A program made the position numbers and the translations under genes. A stretch of 64,000 nucleotides of DNA from Promethearchaeota archaeon (GTDB lineage Archaea; Asgardarchaeota; Lokiarchaeia; Sigyniarchaeales; SOKP01), in the NCBI GenBank assembly GCA_016840085.1, contig JAEOTA010000022.1, positions 32,001 through 96,000 of the forward strand, in the 5' to 3' direction. The notes beneath the pieces are model-generated. The model was not told where the DNA came from. It made no database searches and saw only the letters and a list, made by a program, of their open reading frames with translations. Below are positions 18,532 to 28,063 of the stretch, piece after piece. How positions within the stretch are numbered: position 1 is the stretch's first letter; every line of letters starts with the position of its first letter.

Positions 18532-20025
18532 CTAATAATTAGGTACGCGTTTATTTTCTTCTAATCTTGAATTAATATGTTTTTTACAGTTGTTTTTCTT
18601 CGACCCCGCAATTCTTTGTAGAAGGGGTAAACCCGGTTTTACGCCTTCTAAAGGTTTAGATTCAATTAAGTTATTCGAGATTAGATCGTTGTAAAGGATT
18701 TTACCTTTTTCCGTTCTTATAAGTACTGTATTCCAACCAGAAGGAGAACCAATAGATCCAATTGAAATATCAGCAGATTCAGAAGTCAAATCGTAACACA
18801 TTTCACAATCTTCTCGAGCCAAATGTGAAATCTCTTTTATTGGAACGTTTAACTCATCTCCATTTTTAGTATATACAAAGAATTTTCCTTTATTGATATC
18901 CATCTTTTTAGCATCATTAACATCAACATTTAGCTTCTCACAAATCTTTAAAAGGGATTCATAAGAAAAAGATTCCATACAGAATATTCCAATTTTATAA
19001 ATAATATTATTTAAGGAGGGCAATCCAATATCGTAAATCTCGGATTTTAGGATTGCTTGCATTTGACAAGGTACTCCTACTACCGCGATTTTTTTATTTT
19101 TAAGCTCATTTTGGTTTAGTAATTGTAAATTTGGATTGTTTACATATTTTGTTCCGGCTGTTGAGAGGATATCTTCTTTGTTTTTAAGCAAAATTGGTTC
19201 AGGTCTCCATAATGTATTACTCATTTTTGCTCCTAATGCAAAATCAATTTTATTTTTTTCAAGAAGATAATGGAGACATGTACTCGAAATCCCCCCATCT
19301 TGGCAAATTTCAGAAATCTCCTTAATTTTAGTTCTTGCAGAATAAGCTTCAAGAAAATGACCAACATTTGAATAGTCTTTAATTTCTGGAGTATTTTCTT
19401 GAGCCATATTTATAACCTTTACAGGCAAATATGTTCGAGGACACACAAAATAGCATAATCCACATCGAATACATTTATCCTCGTCAATTTTTCCAAATCC
19501 ATTATAGATATGAAGACAATTTACAGGGCAGATACTAGCGCACAGACCACAACCTGAACAATTCTTAGAATCAAATATAACTTTTACTGGCTCGTATATA
19601 GGTTTTAAATTTGAAATATCTTCTTTGGTTATTGAAATAGATAAGTCTTTAAAAATGAGGGTATCAGGATCATCTTCATGACTCTTAATTTTATCGTATA
19701 ATTCTTCTACTGATACCAGTTTTTCATTTTTTAACAAATCTAGTAAACTCAAAGTGTGATATACTTCAATTGAGTTTTGTGTTGAAAACTCTTTAATTGT
19801 ATTAAAGTTGTTATTTGAACTATTGCTAAAAAAATTAAATAGAGAATATTTTAATCGCTCTTGATCAAACATTTGTAAAAGAATAGCTTCATATTGAGAT
19901 TCATCATAAATACCCGTATCTAATATATCTTGTTTAGCATCAATTAGAGCTCGAATTCTATACGAATCTAAAGCATCCGCTACATCCTTTAAAAATTCCC
20001 ATGATAAACTTTCTTCAGAACTCAT
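18532..20025 (-). CDS. Coenzyme F420-binding FrhB/FdhB/FpoF-family subunit with a 2x[4Fe-4S] domain and about 140-aa N-terminal extension
   Basis: CxxCxxCxxxCP x2; QDGG, AGTKY, VGVPCQ, IGIFCMESF, CxxCxD..S..ADISIGSIGSPSGW. Confidence 0.88.
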   Translation of the reverse strand: MSSEESLSWEFLKDVADALDSYRIRALIDAKQDILDTGIYDESQYEAILLQMFDQERLKYSLFNFFSNSSNNNFNTIKEFSTQNSIEVYHTLSLLDLLKNEKLVSVEELYDKIKSHEDDPDTLIFKDLSISITKEDISNLKPIYEPVKVIFDSKNCSGCGLCASICPVNCLHIYNGFGKIDEDKCIRCGLCYFVCPRTYLPVKVINMAQENTPEIKDYSNVGHFLEAYSARTKIKEISEICQDGGISSTCLHYLLEKNKIDFALGAKMSNTLWRPEPILLKNKEDILSTAGTKYVNNPNLQLLNQNELKNKKIAVVGVPCQMQAILKSEIYDIGLPSLNNIIYKIGIFCMESFSYESLLKICEKLNVDVNDAKKMDINKGKFFVYTKNGDELNVPIKEISHLAREDCEMCYDLTSESADISIGSIGSPSGWNTVLIRTEKGKILYNDLISNNLIESKPLEGVKPGLPLLQRIAGSKKNNCKKHINSRLEENKRVPNY

Positions 20026-20079
20026 AATAAACCTTAAATTATTTTTTATTCATAATTTTCCGAAAACCCATACAAAGGG

Positions 20080-20123
20080 ATAGTTCCTTCTCAACTAATA
20101 TTTTCTTGAAAAGATCATTCTAT
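20080..20123 (-). ncRNA. Candidate eukaryote-like SECIS element in the mvhD 3' UTR
   Basis: RNA AUAG-A-AUGA-U-CUUUUCAA-GAAAAUAUUAG-UUGAGAAG-GA-A-CUAU: AUGA/GA core, 8-bp stem, apical adenosine run and a short basal helix. One nucleotide must bulge to keep the GA/GA register. Confidence 0.6.
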
Positions 20124-20548
20124 TTCGGATTAAATTTTGGTAGAGGAGGGAGTGCTTGAATTTTTTTGGTAATATCTTCAACAGAGTTAATGAATCTCTC
20201 AACTTCTGCTGCAGAACAAAAATATTGTTGAACTCGTTCGTCAGAAATTCCTGCATGTCTTAATAATTTTTTCAAAGTTAATATATGATTATATGTATTC
20301 ATATTTCCATTACCAAACTCGCATTCACCTTCCCTTCATGAGATCACAGCTACACCATCAGCACCATTTAAAAAGGCTTCCATGATCAAATGAATTCCTA
20401 TTCGACCAGTGCATCTTACTCGAATTAAATAGAAATCTGTAGAATATGATTTTCTTGTTACTCCTGTTAAATCGGCTACCGAATACCCTCACTTATCACA
20501 GCCGAATGCTATAATCTTTCTAGATTTATCATTTATTACCTTAGACAT
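20120..20548 (-). CDS. mvhD: MvhD/VhuD [2Fe-2S] subunit, selenoprotein with two UGA-Sec codons (142 aa)
   Basis: Read-through translation MSKVINDKSRKIIAFGCDKU(20)GYSVADLTG...IRVRCTGR...GADGVAVISU(71)REGEC...GISDERV. TGAs at 20489-20491 and 20336-20338 fall on conserved MvhD Cys ligands. Confidence 0.9.
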
Positions 20549-20569
20549 TATAATTAACCTCTAAATTGC

Positions 20570-22582
20570 CTATTTTTCAATACTCTCAGCAATTTCATCA
20601 ATAATTTTTATTTCAGTACATCCAATACCTTTTATTTCCTGAATAAATTGTGTGTCTCGATAATATTTTAGGTCAATAGCTCTCGCGGGACAAGAAGATA
20701 CACATACACCGCAGCCTTTACATTTTAAATCGTCAACTTCTGCAATTTCATTCTCATTAACTTTTATTGCTTCATAGTAACATAATTTCTCACATCTATG
20801 ACATCCCATGCATAGTGTTTTATCTACCTCAGCAATAATTAATTCTTGATTAAAAGTATCATGAGATAAAAGAGTTGATGCTTTACTTGCAGCAGCTAAT
20901 GCAGAAGAAACCGAATAAGGAATGTTTTTTGGGCCAGCAGCACATCCAGCTATGTAAATTCCTATATCTTTTGTTTCTTGTGGACTTAAACATCCATGGA
21001 TTTCTGAAAGGAAACCTCCTGGACCCTTACTTAGTCCCATTACATCGATCATTTCTTCAGTTCCTTTTGAAGGGATCATTCCTGTTGACAATACAACTAA
21101 ATCAGCATCAATTTTTATAATCTCACCAGTTAAAGACGAATATGCTCTGACTTTTAAGTTATTCGTTTTAGAGTCTTCGATAATTTCACCTACTTTTCCC
21201 CGAATCATTGTTATACCCGATTCTCTTATTTTTCTATAATATTCTTCATTACCCTTGTCTGTTGTTCGAATATCAATATAGAACATAAACACATCCATAT
21301 TTGGATATTCTTGTCTCAGTAATTGAGCATTCTTAAGTGCAACACTGCAGCAAACGAAAGAACAATACGAATTAGCGTTTATATCTCTGGAACCTACACA
21401 TTGAATTATTACAACCGTTTTTGGTGTTTCTCCATTTGAAATTCGATACACATGTCCACCAGTAGGACCGATAGGACTTAACAACCTCTCTAGTTCTATT
21501 TGTGTAATCACATCAGGATAGTATCCATAATTATATTCATTCGACTCCCATATTGGATATTCATCCCATCCCGTGGCTACAATTGCCGCTCCTACTTTAA
21601 CATCGATATATTCTGTTTCTTGTTCAAAATCAATAGCTTCAGCGGGGCATATTCGTTCACAATTTTTACAATCAATACACACACTTCTATCCATAACCGC
21701 TAATTTTGGTACTGCTTGAGGAAATGGTATATAAATTGCGCTTCTTTCACCAATACCTCTGTCAAACTCGCTAGGAACTTTAATAGGACATTTTGTTGTA
21801 CATAAGCCGCAACCAGTACATTTAGTCTCGTCAACATACCGCGCATTTTTTCTGATTTTAACCTTATAATCTCCAGGTATACCACTAAACTCTATTACAT
21901 CACTATAAGTAAATAAATTAATGTTTGGATGTTTTGATGCATTTACCATTATTGGTGCCAGGACTCATATTCCACAATCATCAGTAGGATATATTCTATC
22001 TAATTGTGCCATTTTCCCGCCAATAGTGGCTTCTTTCTCAACCAAATATACAGGAATGCCTTGGTTCGCAAGATCTAATGCTGCGTTCATTCCAGCAATA
22101 CCCGCACCTACAATTAAAACTGCCTTCTCTACGGGAATTTCTTTTCGTGGTATTGTTTCTAGTTCTCTGGCACGGTTTATACCCGCTTGAACTAATCTTA
22201 TTGCTTTCTGAGTAGCACCTTCTCTGTCCTTAGCATGGACAAAAGAACAATGTTCTCGAAGATTAACCATTTGGAAATAATATGGGCTTAATCCTGCCTC
22301 AGCTAACACAGCTCTATATGTGGATTCATGGATTTGTGGCGTACAAGCTGCAACCACTATTCTATTTAAATCAAGATCAAGAATATCATTTTTTATAATA
22401 TTTTGACCTGGGTCTGAACAGGTAAAATCATTTGTTCTTGCAATAACCACATTATTTATTGCAGCGTTTTTTTCAACATAATCTCTTACAGCATCACAAT
22501 CAACAGCAGCTCCGATATTAACTCCTCATCTGCATACATAAACTCCGATTCTTAGATCATCCTTGGTCTGTTTATCAGACAA
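20570..22582 (-). CDS. hdrA: Heterodisulfide reductase subunit A, selenoprotein with two UGA-Sec codons (670 aa)
   Basis: TTG start after a GGTGA SD. IGVYVCRU(19)GVNI (TGA 22526-22528, CxC motif) and YPTDDCGIU(206)VLAP (TGA 21965-21967, CxxC motif) join the two track ORFs in one frame. Also GAGIAG, IQCVGSRD, YCSFVCC and ferredoxin motifs. Confidence 0.92.
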
Positions 22583-22849
22583 CTAGTTCACCTTTTTGTA
22601 AAACTTCACCATTAATTTTTTGTTAATTTGAAATATTATCTTAAATCTAATTGGTTTATGAAATTATTGAAATAATTTATTTTTTCTGATTAGATTTCAT
22701 AATTTCGAAAACAATAACAGAATTAAAAATAAATTGTAATTTTCAAACATTATTTTTTTAAAGAAGATCTTTATAGTAAATCGTTCTTAATTTAGATTAA
22801 TAATTTGATGCATTTTTAAATTTTATATAAGTGGATTGAGTAGTTTTAG

Positions 22850-23611
22850 ATGAAAGATAATAATGATGAATATTTTTACATTAATGGTCAACATTATGAT
22901 TATATGATCAAAAGCAGACAAGCTCATGATTCTATTCCTTTTTATGTAAGGTATGCAAAAATGTATGGTAGTCCAGTTCTCGAATTAGCTTGTGGGACTG
23001 GAAGAATTACCATTCCAATTGCAAAAGAAGGTTTATCGGTTATTGGATTAGATTTCTCAGAAAAAATGTTAGATCACGCAAAGCGAAAATCTAAAGAAAA
23101 TGATTTAGACATAGAATGGGTACAAGGAGATATGATTAATTTTAGCTTAAATAAGAAATTTTGTACTATAATAATGCCTGGTGCTGCGATGAATTGGATA
23201 GTTGACAATAAAAGTATGGAAAATTGTTTAATAAATGTAAGAAAGCATTTAAAACAGAATGGTCGATTTATTTTCGATGCATTTAATCCCGATTTAGATA
23301 TATTACAAAGAGAGGGTTCTAAAATTTATCCGATGTATGATTATCCAAATCCTGAGGGTGAAGGAACTGTTTTTGTAGCTGGAAGTAATAGTTATGATAA
23401 AGTTTCTCAAATAAACTATTTCAATTCATATTATAAATTTGAAGGCAAGGAAATTGTAAAAGAATTGAAACTTCGAATGTTTTTTCCACAAGAATTAGAT
23501 GCATTACTTTATTATAATGGTTTTATAATTGATAATAAATATGGTACTTTTAAGGAAGAACCGTTTAATTCAGATTCAAACCTCCAAATTATAATTTGTC
23601 ATAAGAATTAA
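22850..23611 (+). CDS. Class I SAM-dependent methyltransferase
   Basis: VLELACGTGR, GLDFS..ML, GDM. Confidence 0.9.
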   Translation: MKDNNDEYFYINGQHYDYMIKSRQAHDSIPFYVRYAKMYGSPVLELACGTGRITIPIAKEGLSVIGLDFSEKMLDHAKRKSKENDLDIEWVQGDMINFSLNKKFCTIIMPGAAMNWIVDNKSMENCLINVRKHLKQNGRFIFDAFNPDLDILQREGSKIYPMYDYPNPEGEGTVFVAGSNSYDKVSQINYFNSYYKFEGKEIVKELKLRMFFPQELDALLYYNGFIIDNKYGTFKEEPFNSDSNLQIIICHKN

Positions 23612-23665
23612 ATAAATAATAACTTACTCGTGAAATTTTTTATTAAAAATTCATTACTACTTTTT

Positions 23666-23851
23666 ATGGCACAACAAGAAGAATCTAAAAAAGAAGAATT
23701 TGCTAAACAGTTTATGACAGAAGAAGGTTTAAAAGGTAAAGCAAGAAGGATTAAAATAATGAAAATTATTGATATGGTCGGTTACGATAAAGGAAAGATT
23801 AAAACAGCCTTAGCGCGCTCTACAATTACGGATAGGATTCAGCATGATTAA
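23666..23851 (+). CDS. Small hypothetical protein (61 aa)
   Basis: The in-frame ATG at 23666 is more plausible than the GTG at 23630; protein-like composition. Confidence 0.6.
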   Translation: MAQQEESKKEEFAKQFMTEEGLKGKARRIKIMKIIDMVGYDKGKIKTALARSTITDRIQHD

Positions 23852-23886
23852 AGAGTATATTTTTAAAAAAAAGAAGGAGTTTTAGT

Positions 23887-25188
23887 ATGCTTGATATTGA
23901 ATTGTTTCGAAATAATTTCGATAAAATATTAGAGTCAGAGAAAAAAAGATTTAAAGATCCATCAAATGCAGAAAAGGTTCTTGAACATGATAGGAAATGG
24001 CGAGGAGCTATAAGTAAATATCAAGAACTAAAGCAAAAACATAATGAAACCTCTCGTCAAATCGGGGAATTTAAAAAAAATGGGAAAACTAAGGAAGCTG
24101 AGGAGGCCATAAGAGCTACAAAAGAATTGAAAGAACAAATAGATGAGTTAGAGCAACTAAAGCAAGAGTATTTTGAACAACGAGAAAAATATCGATATAT
24201 TGTAGGTAACCTGTTGCATGAATCAGTCCCAGTTGCCGAAACAGAAGAAAACAATGAAATTATTAGAACATTTGGGGAATTACCGAAATTTGATTTTACT
24301 CCTTTAAATCATGTCGAATTAATTGAAACTATTGATGGCGCAAACACTAAAAAAGCTGCTGAAGTTGTAGGATCACGATTTTATTATTTAAAAGGAGATT
24401 TAGTTTCACTTAATTTAGCTTTAATGAGATTTGCATTAGATTTTTTGGAAAAAAAAGGATATATTCCGCTATGGACACCCTTTTTCATCAAATATGAAGT
24501 TATAAAAGCTGCTGCGGAATTAGCTGATTTCGAAGAACAATTATACAAAATCCAAGATGAAGATTTATTTATGATTGCAACCTCTGAGCAAACGGTAGCA
24601 GCCTACCATTATGATGAAATTATAGAGCCTGAAAGATTGCCAATTAAATATGCTGGAATCTCTTCATGTTTTAGGAGAGAAGCCGGATCCCATGGTAAGG
24701 ATACACTAGGAATATTTAGAGTGCACAGGTTTGAAAAGGTTGAACAGTATGTTTTTTGTAAACCAGAAGAATCATGGGAATTTCACGAAGAATTAATTAA
24801 AAATGCTGAAGAAATTTACAAAAAATTAGAACTACCTTATAGAATTGTTAACATTGCATCTGGAGAATTAAATGATAATGCTGCAAAAAAATACGACCTA
24901 GAAGTATGGTTTCCCGCTTCAGAAGCTTATCGAGAATTGGTTAGCTGTAGTAATTGTACCGATTATCAAGCAAGAAAATTAAAAATTAGGATAGGAAAAG
25001 TAGGCACTAAGCAACCAAAAGAAATTTTACATACTTTAAATTCAACAGCAATAGCAACTGAACGGACCATTTGTTGTATATTAGAAAATTATCAAAATGA
25101 AGATCATTCAGTATCAATTCCGGTAGTACTTCAGAGATATATGAATGGTAAAAAAGTTATTAAAGCAATAAAACAAGAGGAAAAGTAA
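23887..25188 (+). CDS. serS: Serine--tRNA ligase
   Basis: MLDI, IATSEQ, CFRREAGSHG, YDLEVWFP, ELVSCSNCTDYQAR, HTLNSTA. Confidence 0.97.
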   Translation: MLDIELFRNNFDKILESEKKRFKDPSNAEKVLEHDRKWRGAISKYQELKQKHNETSRQIGEFKKNGKTKEAEEAIRATKELKEQIDELEQLKQEYFEQREKYRYIVGNLLHESVPVAETEENNEIIRTFGELPKFDFTPLNHVELIETIDGANTKKAAEVVGSRFYYLKGDLVSLNLALMRFALDFLEKKGYIPLWTPFFIKYEVIKAAAELADFEEQLYKIQDEDLFMIATSEQTVAAYHYDEIIEPERLPIKYAGISSCFRREAGSHGKDTLGIFRVHRFEKVEQYVFCKPEESWEFHEELIKNAEEIYKKLELPYRIVNIASGELNDNAAKKYDLEVWFPASEAYRELVSCSNCTDYQARKLKIRIGKVGTKQPKEILHTLNSTAIATERTICCILENYQNEDHSVSIPVVLQRYMNGKKVIKAIKQEEK

Positions 25189-25190
25189 GA

Positions 25191-26429
25191 ATGATAGAAA
25201 TTTCTTTAGAAGAATTTGAAGATTTTTTTAAAGACAGAATTAATTCCCAATTTGCTAAAATAAAGAAAGCAGCAAATAAATTCATACTGGATATTAAATC
25301 AAACATGATTGACATTAAAATTTGTATGGATCATTTTCTTGAAGTAGGAGAAGAAAAGATTGATGCGAAAGCTCAAAAGTCATTGCATTTTTTCATTGAT
25401 CGAATTAAAAAAGAGATTGATGAAGTTGAGATTCCTGAAAAAGAAATTAATTATGATAATCTAAATGATTTACTAAATTCTATAAAAAAGTTATTTCCTA
25501 TTATAAATGAAATAGCAAGGAAGTCATTACCTAAGTTTCAAAAAGAAGTTCAGTCCCAAATAAAAGAACTTAATTATATTACACGAAAACTTGGAAGTAA
25601 ACAAAAAACTTTGGATGATTTTTTAAGAAAGAAATATACTGGAGTCAAAGAAGCAGAAGATCTACTAAAAAGAATACCAAAAATATTTACTCTAAGGGAT
25701 AATATAGAAAAAGCGAAGATTGACCTAGATACATTCGAGAGTGAATGTGAACAAAAAAAGGAAGATCTTAATAATTTAAATTCAGAATTAATTAAACTTG
25801 AAAAAAATGAATTGTTTCGAAATCTTGAAACTGAGAAAAACACCTTGTTTCAATTAAGGTTAAAAATTAATGATGAAATAGGTTTTAAGAAAGCTTTAAA
25901 AAAATTAAAATTTGATTTGGAGAAAGGGACATACAATATCCCAAATATTGATTTGAATTATCTTAAAGAGTTTCTCAAAAGCCCTATAAAAATGTTGGTT
26001 GAAGAATCTGATAGAACTGATTTCCCAAAACTTTCCAGTTTAATGGTTCAATTACGTCATGCATTAGAAGAAAATAAATTAACTCTAAAATCTGAGACTA
26101 AAGAAAAGACCATTGATCAAATAAATGTTATTTTTGATGAGAAAAAATTACAGCAAGATATTGAGAATTATTTACAAATTAAAAAACGAATTGAAGAAAT
26201 TGAAAACAAAATTGATGATGCCGGCTTAGCTCGGAAATTAGAAGATATAAAAAATAATATATCTTCTACAACTGTAAAATTAGAACATGTAGAAGCAGAT
26301 TATAATCGAAAAAACAAAGATTATACAAGATATCTTAGTAATTTAAAAAGAGAGAGAGAGGAATTTCAAAGTGCAGTAGAGCAAATATTACAAGAACCAA
26401 TAAAAATTAATATCATTTTTTCGTTTTAA
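25191..26429 (+). CDS. Coiled-coil hypothetical protein
   Basis: 412 aa, K/E/L-rich heptads; starts 2 nt after the serS stop. Confidence 0.7.
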   Translation: MIEISLEEFEDFFKDRINSQFAKIKKAANKFILDIKSNMIDIKICMDHFLEVGEEKIDAKAQKSLHFFIDRIKKEIDEVEIPEKEINYDNLNDLLNSIKKLFPIINEIARKSLPKFQKEVQSQIKELNYITRKLGSKQKTLDDFLRKKYTGVKEAEDLLKRIPKIFTLRDNIEKAKIDLDTFESECEQKKEDLNNLNSELIKLEKNELFRNLETEKNTLFQLRLKINDEIGFKKALKKLKFDLEKGTYNIPNIDLNYLKEFLKSPIKMLVEESDRTDFPKLSSLMVQLRHALEENKLTLKSETKEKTIDQINVIFDEKKLQQDIENYLQIKKRIEEIENKIDDAGLARKLEDIKNNISSTTVKLEHVEADYNRKNKDYTRYLSNLKREREEFQSAVEQILQEPIKINIIFSF

Positions 26430-26451
26430 TGTCTTAGGGTCATCATAGATT

Positions 26452-27183
26452 CTACATTTTCTTTAAAATTTTGAATGCTCTATTATTAGTCGCACTTGTT
26501 TTCTTTATTCGTAATTTTAGATTTTCTTTTAAAAATTTAAATACTTCTTTATGTTTTAAATTAAAGATTTTTAAATATTGGTAAGCGAGAACTAAATCTT
26601 GGGTGATATCAATGTCAAAACCCGCTCGAAATGAATCATATATAGTTATTTTTTCAATACCTTTTTTAGAAGCATTTTCTAATAAAGCAACCAAGGAGGG
26701 AGTGGTTGGATCAGAAAAATAAGATGGAATTATATCGGGGGGATTTCTAGCTAGGATTGATACTCCGGCAGAATGAATGGCAGGACATACAACGAGCTGA
26801 TTTTTTTTTATAAGTGTGTTGATTTCATTAAAATTTTCAGCTGAAATTAAAATTAAATCTAAAAATGAAAAAATAGTTTGTTCAGCATGAAATTTATTAA
26901 TTGCAATATCATTAAGGTCTTTTATAACCATATCAAAAGATTTTGGAGGAGTTGTCAAATCTTCTTTGATTCCAATTAAGCCAAAATCATCTGAGATTTC
27001 CAATATTTCAGGAGTATTACAATATACAATTTTGTGGTCAAAAAAATTCACTTTTGCTAATATAGTGCCAAGATCTTTAAACATCGCAATAGTTAATTCT
27101 TTAAGTTGTTCGACTGTAAAACAGTCTCTAAGACGAGATTTTGTCCTCGTTAAAGGAGCTATAGGTATCAGTAAAGAACTCAT
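26452..27183 (-). CDS. cofC: CofC-like 2-phospho-L-lactate/PEP guanylyltransferase (F420 biosynthesis)
   Basis: LIP.....TKSRL......L...LTIAMFKD and FDIDITQDL match the CofC patterns. Confidence 0.75.
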   Translation of the reverse strand: MSSLLIPIAPLTRTKSRLRDCFTVEQLKELTIAMFKDLGTILAKVNFFDHKIVYCNTPEILEISDDFGLIGIKEDLTTPPKSFDMVIKDLNDIAINKFHAEQTIFSFLDLILISAENFNEINTLIKKNQLVVCPAIHSAGVSILARNPPDIIPSYFSDPTTPSLVALLENASKKGIEKITIYDSFRAGFDIDITQDLVLAYQYLKIFNLKHKEVFKFLKENLKLRIKKTSATNNRAFKILKKM

Positions 27184-27377
27184 ATTCCTTGTATAAATAG
27201 GTTTCTTCTAAATTCTTTATAATAATTTTAACATCAAAAATAAATTGCAATATTTAAGATTATTTAGTATCTATTTAAAACTATTTAAAAGTTGAATTGT
27301 TATACTCTTAAATACTTTATTAATGTTCTCACTTAGTTTTATTGAAGTCTAATAATTACTTTGTTTCGATAATTTCT

Positions 27378-27941
27378 TTATTTTAACTTATTTATAATCT
27401 GAATTGATAAATTCTCAAATGCTTCATTGACATTTTCATTTAATTTTGCAGAAGTTTCTATGTATTTAACTCCATATTTATCTGCTTTTTCCTTTGCTTT
27501 CTCAAAAAGAATTATTCTTTCTTGTTTCCTGTCAATCTTATTACCCACAATCATAAAAGGAATATCTCCACTAAGTTCGGTTAATTTTGTAATCCAAAAA
27601 TCGATATTATTAAATGATTCTGGGTTTAAAATATCATAAATTACAAATGCTCCTACAGCTTGTACGAAATAGTACTCGTTGGCAAATAAAGACTGTCGTT
27701 GCCCCCCAATATCCCAAAAATATAATTTAAAACCTTTTTCTTTAATATCCTTCTTTAGTTTAGGATTTTTAAGGTCTAACTGATCAATAATTTTTGTTAA
27801 ATCAATTTCTTTAATTAAGAAATTTGCCCCAATTGTTTGTTGATATTCCTCACTGAATTTATCATCAACATACCGAGCCAAAAGACTGGTTTTACCTACT
27901 CCCGCATCTCCACACAAGATGCATTTACCGCGGTAAGACAT
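27378..27941 (-). CDS. Ras-superfamily (Rab-like) small GTPase
   Basis: G1 GDAGVGKTS, G2 TIG, G3 WDIGGQ, G4 NKID, G5 ETSAK. Confidence 0.93.
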   Translation of the reverse strand: MSYRGKCILCGDAGVGKTSLLARYVDDKFSEEYQQTIGANFLIKEIDLTKIIDQLDLKNPKLKKDIKEKGFKLYFWDIGGQRQSLFANEYYFVQAVGAFVIYDILNPESFNNIDFWITKLTELSGDIPFMIVGNKIDRKQERIILFEKAKEKADKYGVKYIETSAKLNENVNEAFENLSIQIINKLK

Positions 27942-28063
27942 TTCGCTTTTTCCCCTAATTTACTTTTAAAATAAATTAAATTATAAGTCTTAATTCTGAA
28001 TTTTTCTTTTTTTTATATTTCTAAAAATGTCAATCCAATTTATTTTTAATCATATTAAATAAT

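Noticed and set aside
20495-20535. AUGA-containing hairpin at the start of mvhD as an hdrA SECIS
   Set aside because: The stem is short and lacks a correctly placed 3' GA.
20120-22582. hdrA and mvhD as nonsense-broken pseudogenes, or as the separate track ORFs 21965-22450, 20570-21949 and 20120-20302
   Set aside because: All four interruptions are TGA at conserved Cys positions with no frameshifts, which fits Sec recoding.
23887-25188. serS proximity to the selenoprotein operon as a Sec-biosynthesis cluster
   Set aside because: SerRS is housekeeping, and no tRNA-Sec, PSTK, SepSecS, SelD or SelB is visible in the window.
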